NCBI GenBank assembly: GCA_013265495.1
Contig: MU061579.1
Coordinates: 2,911,319-2,975,318, forward strand
DNA from: Vicugna vicugna
Taxonomy: Eukaryota
Length of the DNA: 64,000 bases
Direction: 5' to 3'
Part shown: positions 12,975 through 26,162 of the stretch, piece after piece
Position numbering within the stretch: the first letter of the stretch is position 1
Layout: every line of letters begins with the position of its first letter
Translations under genes and position numbers: made by a program
Notes under the pieces: generated by a model
Told to the model about the DNA's origin: nothing
Databases searched by the model: none
The model's input: the letters and a program-made list of their open reading frames with translations, nothing else

Positions 12975-13318
12975 TGTTATGGACTAAATATTTGTGTCCC
13001 TCCTCCAAATTCATGTTAAATTCTAACCCCCAATATGATAGCATTAGAAGGTAGCACTTCAGGGGCAGTGAGTAGATCATTAGGGTAGAGCCCTCATGAA
13101 TGGGATTAGTGCCCTTATAAAAAGGACCCCAGAGAGTTGTCGTGTTCTCTTTCTACAAAGTGGGGATAACAAAGCCCTCTGCAACCCAAAAGAGAGTCCA
13201 CACCAGAACCTGATCATGCTGGCACCCTGATCTGTGACTTCCCGTCCTCCAACTGTGAGAAGTAAATTTATATTGTTTATAAGCCGCTGTGTTACAGCAA
13301 TTCAAACTGGCTAAGACA
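12975..13318 (+). mobile_element. ERVL-MaLR MLT1A/MLT1A0 solo LTR
   Basis: tgttatggactaaat...gagccctcatgaatgggattagtgcccttataaaa...catgctggcaccctgatc...ctaagaca; 5-bp TSD gtggt/gtcgt (4/5). Confidence 0.93.
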
Positions 13319-14839
13319 GTCGTCAACCAAATCTGCAACAAAATTTTATTCTATTTAAGCCACTACCACAGTTTCCATCCCCTCACCCACATCTTTAGCT
13401 GAAAGGCCATTTTAAGTCCCTACCTCCCTTCACATTTGCTTGGTAAAAATATTTTAATTTATCAACACACAACTCATATGTGGCCCCTGTTTAATTTTTT
13501 TATCTGTCTCCACAAAGGAAATAAGTACTCCACCTACATGTAACCCATGTGATCTAATTAATTAATCGGATGTCTATGTTCATTCTATATTGTAATCCTT
13601 GTTTAAACATAGACAACTTTTAGTGGAGAGTTCTCTGAAGTTGAGATTTAATGCACTGTCTGGCAAAATATATAGTTGCAATAATGATTTTAATAAATTG
13701 CACTGAAATGAATTGAAACAAATTGAAGTGAAAAATAAAAAGTGGTCGTATTAGAAAACATTTAAGAGGTAGGCTTTCTCTGGGTGGCAAATAGTGAGCA
13801 GAGATAATTGTAACTCCAAAAATATTACCCTGCAAGTGGTGTAAATAAATAAAAAAAAATTGGAGTTGGAAGTAAGATTCTAAAATAATTCATATGAGAA
13901 AAAGTAAGAGACAGAATTAGCACCATGGCTCTGAGAATGAGATATCACTAACTTTGAGACTAACTTTCTATTTAAACTTTTACAAAGTATAATTACTCTT
14001 GAAAATACTTGCTTAGGTCAACTTGTTCAAGGAAAGGTGTTTCCCAGCATATGGGGAGAAAAGAAAAATATTCTCCAGATGTTATTCTGCACAGCAACAG
14101 CAGAAGAATCTATCTGCTGTTACTATGTATAATTTTTCTTCATAGGACTCCAATTACATCTTCAAGTTGTTTAATTTAGTCTAATCTTGTGAATTTACTT
14201 TAAAATTCTTTCTGGGAATTCTCTAGGCAGTGTCATGCAGTCTTTTGTAGCTAATAAATGGTAACAAAATCATTTGTTGTTATAGGCGACAAGAGTGTTT
14301 TTCAACATAGGGTTAGTCCAGTGAAGTTATCACTTTTTGATTATTTGATTTCATTTGGTCCTTGTAATTGTTACCATGGAGATAGGAAAAATATTTTGAT
14401 TGGCCGCCAAAGTATGTAGGATATCATACTTTCTTTCCAATTTTGTTCTCCAGCCTAAAAATAATAGAAATAATTCTTACAACTTGTGTCATACCTCATT
14501 TTTAACACTCTTCACTGAAGTAATTCACTAAAGTAAATGAATTAGTTCTTCTACTATCTCTGGAAAGTAGTTATTTTCTGTGTTTCAAAAATCATGGTTT
14601 TTTTTTTTTTACTTTTCATATGTGTATAGTTTAATCGGGTATTGACTAAAGCCGTGTTAGAGAAGACAATGTACACCTTAGGCAATGCTCTTGCTAAAAC
14701 AAGAATGGATTGTATTTTCAAATATGTATGGAGTATAACAGGGTGTTATGGCAGTTTTATTTTTAACAGATATGTTTTCCACAATGATGGCAATACTATG
14801 TTTGCTTGTCAGTTAGCTTAAATCCTGCTCAAATTTCTA

Positions 14840-15505
14840 CCATGTGAGATATGAACTAATAAATGTAGAAAGAATAATGTAATTTGTAAAATCACCATTT
14901 CAAAAAATCTATAGGAAAAATTGATTGATGAAAGAATCATGAATTGATGCTAAATAATGAGCTGGACACTACTGAACAGACTATTTATATACTTTAAGTT
15001 ATCACCTCACAGATTAATCATTCATCACAAAGGGAAATTGTATATTTTTACAGTATAACAATTAGGCAGACACTACTTTAATGAAGTGATGAGACTTAAC
15101 ATCACTGACAATGAAACAAATTGCCATCATATGCCTCAGGGTGTGATACCCTGAGAATAACACAACATCGCCTATAAGATAGTCCTGTAAAAAAAAAATT
15201 AAGAACTTGAATCTAATTATGAGGAAATAATCAAGCAAGCCTAATTGAGGGACATTCTGTAAAACAAATGATCTGGAACTTAAATATATATATATATAAA
15301 ACAATGTTCTGAAAGTAAATCAATTAGTCAATCAATCATCAATCAATCAGACTGGTAAACTGGAGATTCGTAAGATATGGCACAGATTAGGTCCTGGTTT
15401 GGGTAAAGAAAAGAGTTTAAAAGACATTTTTGGCTAATGGGAATTAGAATTTTGACTTCAATGGAAAAACTGTATTGTGTCAATATTCGGTTTATTAAAT
15501 GCAGC
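14840..15505 (+). mobile_element. L1MC4/L1MC5-type 3' region
   Basis: gtgatgagacttaacatcactgacaatga..., gaatctaattatgaggaaataatcaagcaagcctaattgagggacattctgtaaaacaa. Confidence 0.8.
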
Positions 15506-15589
15506 CAGTCTGGTCAGAAATGAGTATGGAGTATACGACTTAAATACAAAGAGCCCTCCACTTGGTCTTGTACTTACTTCTAGTTACTA

Positions 15590-16810
15590 ACTTACCTTTC
15601 AGCGTCACTCTATTTCAGAATTCTGCAAAGAGTTGTGTAGTTAATTATACCTGATCTCTCCCTTTCACTTTTCAACCCACTGAAGTTTAGCTTCCAATGT
15701 CACCACTTATGGAATTTGTCCTGCCATTCATTGTAAATCCAATGGCATTATTTCAATGGTTCTCATTTTTCTCTTCCACATTTAACGCCTCCCTCAAGCT
15801 TTCCCTGTTCCTAATTTGTGGGACACTATCGTCTCCTTCAAAGTTTCTGCCTCTCAGTTTTTTCTTCTTTTTCTGTTAGTTTCTCTTTGTCCATTTCATA
15901 TAGGTTGGTATTTCCACAGCTTTTTGTCTTCATCACGATTTCTTCCCATTTTATGCATTCTTCATTGCTTGTTGTTAATTGGCTCCAACATTTCTACTCT
16001 CACGTTTGTACAAGTGACTCTCAGCCTACCTGGCTAACTCAAACCTGCGTGCAGCTCTCTACATCCAAATACCTGCCTGTAGCCCCTGCCTGGATGTTCT
16101 AAGAGTCCCTCTAGCTTAGAAGATCCAACATTAAACTTGTTATTTTATTCCCAAATCTACTCTTCATTTATTTCTTATTTATGTAAATATCTTCCCTACT
16201 GAAAAATCTCTGAGTTCAGCATAGCTCTGTTGTGTTTATTCATCAATACTCACTAAACAGTGAAGATCATATCGGGTATTTTCCATTCACTTTGAATTAA
16301 TCTCTAAACCTTGCAATAACAGCTTTAGAATGTCACAAAAATCTGCTCTGTCTTGCTCATAGTCATTGACATTAGCTAAATCCAAATAGTCCACTACTTT
16401 TTTTGGATGAAGGGAATAATTTCCTTGTGTCTAGACTGACTTGCTCCTTTAGAGTCCCCAATTTGCATAAGTGGTCTTTCTTCCTTATGGGTGATATTTT
16501 TCACTGCCCTCATCAATATTCTTCATTTACTCCCCATAGTCTCCAGAACACATTTTAAATTTTGACACATAACATACAAAGGGATTCTTCACTTGCCTTG
16601 TGAATACTAATCCAGGCTCATCTCCACTTGCTCCATCACTCTTTACACTTGAAAAGTAATTGTGTTTCTTTGACCAAGCTATGCTTTCGTGTGTCTCAAG
16701 CCTTCACATTTATAGTTATTTTTTGCATGGAAGTTCTTTCCTCAAGTGTTCATCTGGTAAGTTCTACAAATTCAGGTTCAGATGCTACCTCCTCTGAGAA
16801 ACCTGTCGTG
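15590..16810 (+). mobile_element. L2 fragment (ORF2 3' part and tail)
   Basis: ttcaacccactgaagtttagcttcca; tccaaatacctgcctgtagcccctgcctggatgttcta; caggttcagatgctacctcctctgagaaacct. Confidence 0.75.
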
Positions 16811-17481
16811 GTTACATTTGGCATATTTCAATACTACTTCAGACACGGTTTTCTTGTGCCTTGTCTGCATTAAAGCAGTTTCTCAGTGATTTCGTTGGTG
16901 GTAACAGTAGTAGTTACTGACTGGTATGAACTGATTGGGGTCTCCTGAAGACATGCAACGAATTTAAACTGACAGGGAGCATGTGTACAATTGTAATAAG
17001 CATTGATAGTGTGATACACATCCGTATAAGCACAAAGGAATTCGTTGGATATTGTTTAATCTATTTATTCATTTCTTTGATCAGATACTATCAGCCTTGT
17101 TTTAGACATAGAATCAAAAGAACAGAATAACTTCTGCAAAGTCCTGGGTTACCTTTAATCATTTAGAATCACAATACAAATCAGTACAGCTATGAGAATA
17201 AAGCATTCTACTTTAATTTAATGTGTCTCTAAATCTCCATAGCTTCCCAAATCATCTGCTAGTAGCAATTTATAAAGACAGGTTCTATTGGTCATTCTGA
17301 CAGTCTACTTAATTTTTAAATTGCAAAATGGTGTTATTACAATAAAGTTTATTTTTATTATGATAGTAATTCATACTCAATGGAGAAATTTTGCTAAAAT
17401 ATTTTACAAAAGAACATCAGCTGAAAGGTAACTCAGCATTTTGGTATATTTTTTCTAGTTTTCTTTTTCAAGATTCTGTAT

Positions 17482-17716
17482 TACAGTGTCAAAGCAAATG
17501 GGCTTTGTAATCAAAACTGGGTTTTGACCTTGGATCCAACTGCATGACATTGAGTAAGTTATTTAGCTAGTCTGTGACTTGTGTTTCTCATCTATAAAAT
17601 GATGATAATAATATTTCTATCATAGGCTTATTTTTGAAGACTAAACAGAATTATGCATGTAAGGTGCTCAGAATAGAGTCTAGAATTGTGTGTGCAATTA
17701 ATAGATATTGGCAATT
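17482..17716 (+). mobile_element. MIR SINE
   Basis: Core: tgacattgagtaagttatttagctagtctgtgacttgtgtttctcatctataaaatg...catgtaaggtgctcagaatagagtct. Confidence 0.88.
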
Positions 17717-18689
17717 TGTTTATGTTTTTTCATTTTGTGGTCATGGTATAATTTACTATTTTATACTGTGATTTACTCATTTTATATAATAACTTAGGAT
17801 TTGTCATGTGCTATAATTTTCCAGAGTGTGTAATACTTTTAATGATATATATCTTATCAAAAACAAAATAAAACATCCTGTCTTCCTGAAATACTCTCCA
17901 TTTACAGTCATTAAATTTTTTACAAAAAAATTTTTACCTGTATAAAGAAACACACAATCTATTTTTGAATGTTGAGACTCTTTGGGATAAAAACTGAAAA
18001 CAGTGCAAGCATTTCAGAACATCCAGATGTTGTACAGAGAAAACACCTTCATTGTAGCTTAAAAAATTTACATTTTTAGTGAGATATTTCAAAAAAAAGA
18101 ATCAGTCATAGTGACTGATTTATTTCATCTTTTCCACTACTGCAATATCACCTTAGTATTTCATATTATAGAAACCTAAAATGCATTGGTCTGTGATAAG
18201 CCTTCTGAACTACAGAAACCATGTTTTTATAGTTTCATGGTTGGACCGTAGTTGCGTAATATAATTGGAAATAATCTTGTTTGATATTGCAAAAAATCAG
18301 TGAAATGGAAGTCTATTTTTTAAATGGATAAATTTAATTCATACAGATAAAATTCTATTTTTAAAATGGTCCAACTATAATTCATACAGATAATTTCATA
18401 TACTCATTTTCCTGTCAATGGCTGCCTGATCCTTTATCTAGATCTTAGTATGTTTGCCTTAGGAAAGTATGCAGATAAACCTAGTGCTAGTCTTTACATC
18501 TAACTCCCCAAATCCATGTAGAATATATGATAGTTAGTAATATATTCTGTGGCCATGATCTTGTTCCTAGGTTCTGCTGTTTGATGTACGCTGGCTTGAA
18601 AAGAATCTTCAGAACAGGAACTATGAGTCTCTTTCATATGTCACCGAAAATTACTTGTTTTCTGTTTGTTTATTTTTTTCTCAGTCTAA

Positions 18690-18757
18690 ACACACACACA
18701 CACACATACATACACACTCTCTCTCACATCCACGTTACACACACACACGCACTCACA
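18690..18757. repeat. Interrupted (CA)n
   Basis: acacacacacacacacatacatacacactctctctcacatccacgttacacacacac. Confidence 0.85.
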
Positions 18758-18884
18758 AATATGTACATGAGCATGTTGTGTGTTTTAAATAGGGCGTAGC
18801 ATGTTCAGTGATATAAAAATATATTTACAGTCTCTGCCATTAAAAAAGTTTAGGATCTAATGCTGATGTGTATCAACAACAGCA

Positions 18885-19120
18885 ACAACACAATAAATAG
18901 CATGTACTGTGTTCTGTGCATTTTGCTAGATCTTTGTGCATATTATCTAACATAATTTTAAAAATTAAACTTCTCATGGAGTTGGTGTTATTACCTGTGT
19001 TTTACTGAATAAGGAATGAAATAAGGAAACAAAATAGCAAAATAACTTTCCATAGTTACACACCATGGAAACCAGTTACACCTGACACCAAATGCTATCA
19101 AGTTAGTTCTATTGCACCAT
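18885..19120 (-). mobile_element. MIR fragment
   Basis: tactgtgttctgtgcattttgctagatctttgtgcatattatct...gttattacctgtgttttactga...aataactttccatagttacac. Confidence 0.65.
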
Positions 19121-20559
19121 TCTGGAAAAGTGAGAGGAGACATCTAAGAGAGATGTTATTTGGTTGCTAGGGAACTCTGAAAAGGGAGCATCCAACCATG
19201 GTGGAGAAAACAGGAAGTCTTCATATATGTTATAATATTTGAGGGAATACTTAGTAAAAGAGTTGTAGCTAGCTAGGGCTCAAGAACAAAAAAAGAGGTT
19301 TCAGGAAGATTCTTGCTTATTCATTCAACTTGGAGAATTGTTACATAGGTACTTTGGTTTCCTAAAAAAGAGTTAGTAAACAACATAAAGAATCTTCTCG
19401 TAATCTAAAACCAAGTTTAAATTTCTTCTTATGGGATTTCAAATATTTTAGCTAGTGTGATTCATGAAAACAAAGGTTTTATCTAAACAAGGGCAAATGT
19501 AAGACCAAGGTAATAATTTAGATAAATCAAGAAAAATCATTTCCATACTTACCTACTCTCTGACTTCACTGGCCTGCCATGTCTTGAGAATTTTGCGTCT
19601 ATTTAACCTTAATTTGCTTATATAGGCATGTTGTGCCTTGAATGAATGGAACTCTTGTTGGAAAGGAGGGATTCAATTTTCTATATTTGGTTCTCTCCAC
19701 AGAAAAATGAAGCTATGTAGAAAATATACTGCACCTGATATTTAGAGAGAAAATTTGTTTAACATAAACATTTTTCTGGACCAGTTTTGTATGTTAAATT
19801 AGTGATCACACATGTTTTATTGCCAAGTTGGTGTAATAAATCTCCCAGATGCCAATACCATCTGGCCATCTATGCCCACTTGCAAATTTCATGTGTCATT
19901 TTGTACCTGCCATAGTTCCATACTCGCTCTGCTCAGCATCTGCCCTGAGTTAAATGCTTCCTTTACAAATCACAATTAATGGGAACACCCTGAGTTGTGA
20001 GTAAAGAATTTGTGAAAAAAAAATTGTCACCCATCCCAAAATATAGCCTGAGATGTCATTGAACAGATGTTGAACTAAAATAAGTGTGATAATATAAGAC
20101 ACAGAAATACTGTATCTTGCTGATTTGACTAGGTGGATTTTATTTCTTTTCTCTATTTCTATGATTGTTTTCATAATGCACTTTAGGAAATAAAAGTGAT
20201 CTGAAAATGTAAGTAGCCATATAGAAAAGTAATTAAACCACAAGTCTATTTGTTTTCTAAATTATGTAAGAAAAAATTTGAGAATTGTGGCTTATACAGC
20301 CCTTGTTTCTTGTATTTGCAGCCTATAGAGATATTTTTCTGGGCTGAAGTATTTTGACTGGATTCTAAATCTGGTATTTCCACTTTAAACTTGTTACGTA
20401 GCCATTTGGCAGTCAAAATCATTTAATCAGTACACACTTTATACAAATCATTTTAAAGGAGAGTTCAAAAAGGTATAAAACATGTAAGTCTTCAGGCGCT
20501 TACAAAATGTAGGTATACAAACTGAAAAGTTAGGAGTCATTAAGTACAAAATATAGTTC

Positions 20560-21063
20560 TGTTACCGAGTCCAAACTCATTCCGCTCACTGCAGGACTGG
20601 CCAATAAACCAGGAGATTAGGTGTTGCAGCAAAGAATAATGACTTTATTCAGAAAGCCAGCCGACTGAGAAGATGGCAGACTAATGTCCTGGAGAGCCAT
20701 CCTTCCTGGTCAGAATTTAGGCTTGTTTTATACTAAAAGTGGGGTTTGGTTGGTTGTTGGAAATTTCTTGGTGTCAGAATCCTTTGTTCTTGCAGCTGTC
20801 CAGTAGTAGGTCAGGTCACAATGTTCCTGTAAACCTCCAACAATACAAACGTTATTCTCTGTTCTGCAACTTTTTATCTTTATTTGAATGTAAAACTGTT
20901 ATACCCTTAAAGGTCTGAGGGGCTATCCTGCATGTTTCAGGCTCTAGGCAACATTCTTTTACAAAAGGTGCAGAACCAGCATGACTAAGCACAGGAAACA
21001 GAGCAGGCGTTAGAGCTAAAGAACGGAACTATTATGGAGTCAAATTTTTTCTTTCCTATTGCA
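20560..21063 (-). mobile_element. ERV1 solo LTR, MER41_BT/MER41B_SS-like (cetartiodactyl)
   Basis: TG...CA termini, 504 bp, 4-bp TSD gttc/gttt; minus-strand TATAAAA (~20727-20733) and AATAAA (20644-20649); family name from recall. Confidence 0.85.
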
Positions 21064-21329
21064 GTTTCTATGTGATTGTTAAATAAGACTCTAGGAGCAG
21101 AACTGCAAAATTAGACTAATACTAGTTGTACAGGATGGCAAATTAAACTGTCAGTCACATGTTTAAAAAAGTGACAAACGGAAGCCTAGAGATAAAACTG
21201 TTGAATCAATTATAATTTCAGGAAGTATGGTTAAGACATTAGCTCCACTTAACCTCTTCTAAATTCTCCTTCAAAAAGATAAGGCCACTTAGTAAGGGTG
21301 GTGTGTGTCAAGTTTCTCCATGGAAACCT

Positions 21330-21770
21330 ATCATATGACTTCTGATATTTTGCACCTATAAAGGTATGTTTGAACTGTTTTTGCAGGAAAATATGAATTT
21401 AATCAGGAGGAAACATCAGGCAAAACCAAATTGAAGAATATTCCACAAAATAACTGACCAGTGCACTCCAGGAGTGTTAAGGTCATGTAAGTAAGAGAGG
21501 GATTAAAAGAGACTAAAGAGACAGAACTAAATGCAATATGTGATCCTGAACTGGAGGCTGGATTAAAAAGGAACATTAGTTGGAAACTGGTGCAATTTTA
21601 ATGCAGTATATAGATATTTATAGTGGTTTATCAATGCTATTTTGCTGGTATTGATAGCTTTACTGTAGCTAAGTTCAGAGGGCTGGGTGAAAAGTTCATG
21701 TGAATTATTTGTACTACTTTTGTACAATTTTTGTAAGCATAAAATTATTTCAAAATAAAAAGTTAAAAGG
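21330..21770 (+). mobile_element. L1MC4/L1MC5-type 3' end
   Basis: gaggaaacatcaggcaaaaccaaattgaagaatatt...aaatgcaatatgtgatcctgaactgga...taaaattatttcaaaataaaaagttaaaa. Confidence 0.85.
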
Positions 21771-21849
21771 AGAAAAATTCGAGCCATGATCAAAGCATTA
21801 CATTTTATATAAATTTAAAAGCCAAACAACAAAAAAACTTGAAAAACAA

Positions 21850-22105
21850 ATATTGAGTTCTAGTCAATGATTTGCATGCTAAAATAAAATTGTACTAATG
21901 TCTGCAATTTACCTTGATATACATACATATGCACACATATATAAATTTTAATAGATGATAGAAGAATAGACAGTTGATTAGATGTTAATTAAGTATCACA
22001 AAACATTAATGGGAGAAATCCACTTGTTTAGTATGAAGATGTTCACTGCAAAATGTTGTAAACTTTGCCATATGTTTTATAAGTTGTCACATCAAAATGG
22101 GGAAG
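21850..22105 (+). mobile_element. Old L1 (L1ME/L1MC4a-type) 3' end
   Basis: tgtactaatgtctgcaatttaccttga...gatgttcactgcaaaatgttgtaaactttg. Confidence 0.65.
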
Positions 22106-22624
22106 AAGACAAAGTTGTAAGACTGAAAAATCCAGTACAAAAATTGGCAGATAGATTAATTCATTCTAAGAAAATAATTTTATTATTTTCCTTGCATTTC
22201 TCAAAGATGGTTTTTACTTTCTTTTGTTTGGTTTTTGGCACTTAGTGGACACAGTCTATTAGTTTACCCACAAATAATGATCTTTATAGAAGGAGCAGCT
22301 AATTTATTTTGGTATACAACAGTTGGGATTTCATTTTCCACATCATCATATATTTATTTATCTTTCCCCACTGCTGATATACTTCAGCTATATTTTTTCC
22401 CAGAACCTTACATAGAACCTGAGTATAATACTTACACAAATATGCTTGGTGAATAAACACGTGTATGATTATCCATAGTAAATCTTTAATGTTTTTATCA
22501 TTAAAATAGAATTGTGAATGAGTCTGAAAGCTGTAAAATAGTTCATTTTGTCGTCGGGAACTAGTGGTCTTGAATAGAATAAAGTAGGTTTCTAATATGA
22601 TCTTTCATCTTTTTCTGGAAAAAA

Positions 22625-23700
22625 TATTTATTATTTTCTGATTATAGAAATGATATGCAATCATTTTGAAAACCTGAAGGATGTAGAAAAGGATACAGAG
22701 AGAAAAAGAGTAAACATTACATTTAATGTTACCATCTTGAGAAAATTATTGTATTTCAAATTATGTGAATTAATTTTTCCATTTAACGCTGGATCACAAG
22801 TGTTCCTATTGTCACAAAACTATTCTTAAAGACATAAGTTCAAATGACTACACAGTAGCCTATCATGCAGATATTTACCAATTTTATTTCCTACACTTTT
22901 GTTGATAGAATTTAGTTTCCCTTCCCCCTCAAGTTCTTATTTAAAATTTCTGATGGAAAGATTTGTGTATAAGTAAATAGAAAGATATCTTTCAGGCTAT
23001 GATTTTTGTTGTAGTTGCTGTATTTTAAGTTGGGTTGACAAGGATTTGTGCTATATTTTATGATTTTGTGCTATATTTTATTATCATATTTTCTCCAGAG
23101 CTAAATATTACACTAAAAATATATACTTGCTAATTTGCTGGATGAAAAGCCAGCATCGTGTTTTAATTTTTTATATTTTGATCATTAATTGGTTAGAAAG
23201 TTCTTTAAACTGATTATTTACGATTTGTAGTCCTATTCTACTTTTACATTTTTATGTGTTCTTTAAATCTTATATATGTTAATTTAATCATATGTTTCTG
23301 ATTTTCATTCTGACACTTTCAAATACATTTCTGTTGTAAGAAATATGTAGGTATTTACTTCCTTTCTCTAAATTCAAGATACCAAATGTATACATCACAT
23401 TCTCTTAATTTGTGGTTTTTTATATATGTGTGTGTATATATATATATAGTTTTCTAAAATGTTCTAGAGTATACGTGTATGTGTTTATATGTATATATAA
23501 TTCCCTCTTTCTATACAATTTAGGACAATTTCCTGACCTTTTCTTACACATAGCTTTTATTTTAAAATTGTTAATAATTTTTTTAGGATTTCTCTCAAAA
23601 GAACTTGAGCAGCTTCCCAGCTAATATTTTTTCAGAAACAGAACTTGTGACCAATTCTCAGGGCTCCCTCAAGGTGACAAAGTGTTTTGTTCTGTTTTAG
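22625..23700 (-). mobile_element. Highly degraded L1ME-type fragments
   Basis: ttattttctgattatagaaatgatatgcaatcattttgaaaacc; cttgctaatttgctggatgaaaa...atcgtgttttaattt; T-rich. Confidence 0.5.
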
Positions 23701-24229
23701 TTTACTTCATGGACATTAATTACTTCCTTTTCATTCAGAGATGAATGTTGCGCCTAGCACTGCAGGGGTAGCCAATAAGTTTTACGTGTTATTAGTTATC
23801 TTTCTCAGAATCAGACAATTAATTATTTAAATTATTTCTGCTGGTACTTCAAGCACCAAGCTCATAGCTGTAGGTATTACATTATCTCTGAAAAATCCTC
23901 ATAAGCAATTGAGTTCTTTTAAATTTTTGATTCTTTTGTTACAACATTTAAGCCCTCATATAAAAATGATTCCATTATGATTATACAAGTTCCTAAAAGA
24001 CTACATGCAGAAAATAATCTGAGAATAATAATGAGATATTTTCTAAAGAAATTCTTTAAAAGGAATTTTTCAAGCCTGACCTTGGAATTATAATTTGGTC
24101 CAAATTTGTTTTGTAAGTTATATTCCATTTAATAACTTCAGTTTACATTCACAATTGAAATTTTGTAATAATGTTTACATAACCCATCTGGATCGCCCTC
24201 TGTGTCTAACCATTTCCAAGACTTAGTAA

Positions 24230-24470
24230 TAATACTACCAGCTTACATTAATTTAGGCTTACAACATAACCTGGCCCTGTCCTAACAGTGTTACATGATT
24301 TTTTTCCCTCTATTTTGTGGAATATGGGGTGGGATCCATTATTATCCCCAGGTTACTTGAATCACAGTTTAAAGAACTTGTCCAAGTTTCTAGAGCCATT
24401 ATTTAAAAGAACCAGACTTTCACATCAACATGAGCCATGACCTCTTAACTTCTCTGTAAGGTTGCTAGTA
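24230..24470 (-). mobile_element. MIR fragment
   Basis: taataatactaccagcttacattaattt...tccattattatcccca...aagaacttgtccaagtttctagagc. Confidence 0.7.
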
Positions 24471-25436
24471 CTTTAAACCATAACTTCTCCATTCTTTTCT
24501 AAAACTTTCCCCTCTATGTTTCTCAAAAGTTACTCATCTCTTTGCAGAATAGTATGTTTTCAGATAGTTATGTCAGGAAGAGTAAATGGGCAATGCATCT
24601 TATGAACCCTTTTATATTTGATAACATTGCTCTATGGCTTTTCCATCTGAATAGATACTTGATTATTATTACAATAATCCTGGGATGGAATCCTACTATT
24701 AGTATAATAACAGGCAATTGACCTGCCTGAAATCAGTGTTTCATCTAAAAGCGAAAAAACTAATATCCTTCCAGCTCATGGGATTGTTTCGAGGCTTTAA
24801 TTATATATCCCTCATAAAGAAGAAACATAATCAACTGTAGATTACAATAATTATTCTTCTGATGTATTATTATCATCTTTATCCATAAAAATAACACAGC
24901 TGTTGTTGTTATCATTATTTTAATTAATATCTTGGTAGAGAATTCTTCAGTTATCCCTCAAAACTCTCAAAGATTTCTCCATATGCTTCAGGTAATTTAA
25001 ATAAAAGAAATCTGAGTCCATCCTCATTTTTTAAAATATATTTTTTTCCTTGCCTTCTATTTGCTGGATGCTGCCTGTCGAAATGTTTTTCTTTTTTTTT
25101 CTGTTTTCTTGCCATGATGCTTTTAAGTATGACTTGTTTATATGTTTTAATGTGAATCTCTTTATAGTACATATTCATGACTATTATTTATTGTTAAAGA
25201 AACTTTTCTTCTGTTACAAATGTTGTGATTGCTTTCCATAACTTTCTTCATATACTGGATTTAAAATTTCTCACAAGTATGAATTGTACCACAATGATGA
25301 TGTACCAACAATGATGTACCACAATCATCTAGTCAATTTCATTTTTAATCCATTTATAATTTACATGTTATTTACTTCTAGAGTATTTGAAATATTAATG
25401 CATCTTATTATTCCATTCCTTTAAAACGTTGTGCTT

Positions 25437-25521
25437 GGGGGAGATGGGGTAGTAGCTCAGTGGTAGAGCACATTCATACATGAGGTCCTGGGTTCTATCC
25501 CCACAACTTCCATTAAAAAAA
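25437..25521 (+). mobile_element. tRNA-Ala-derived SINE (vic-1 type), short variant
   Basis: gtagctcagtggtagagcacat...catgaggtcctgggttctatccccacaacttccattaaaaaaa; loose TSD ttaaaacgttgtgct / ttaaacaaagtgct. Confidence 0.88.
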
Positions 25522-26162
25522 TCTTTTTTTAAACAAAGTGCTATTTTCTAAAGTCAGTTCATTAGAGTGTACTCCCAGTGAAAGTATAGACTGGGTTCGC
25601 TTTTGTTTACCTTAACATCCCTAGTGTCCAGAACATTGTCTGATGCATACTAATTGCTCATTAAATGTATTTAAAATTAATTCAAAAAGAAAAAATAAAA
25701 TGTGCCACTCCTTACTATATAGTAATTTCTGGTAGTCTGATTTTCATTTTGAATCTCTAAGAAAGCTGTACTGAAGCTGTAGAGCTTTTTAGAGTAGGTA
25801 GTTTTTACTTTTGTTCTTTCTTCAGCAATTAAAATCATTGCTACCACTTATATAATGCTATTATATGCCAGACAGTGTTCTAAATGTTTTATTCCTATTA
25901 ATTAGCTTTATCCTCTAGCAAGACACAGTAGATGAAGGCCTTTCTTTATCAGTATGCAAGATATGTGAAGTGCCCTTGTCCCATTTCAGTGTCCACTTTC
26001 CTTCCGATAAAACGTGCTGCTACGTAGATTCCGAAGTCAAAAAATAAGTAACACATTATACTCACTGTTGAGGTTTGTATGTACTGATTTGGACTTCCTT
26101 CTCCCCTTGAAAACTGATTCACTCACGAAAGATAGAGAATTCACCTATTTATTTCTTTTTAA

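Noticed and set aside
18335..18393. 16-bp direct repeat taattcatacagataa (and a similar short duplication at ~23044-23080)
   Set aside because: Ordinary local duplications in AT-rich DNA with no recognisable insert between the copies.
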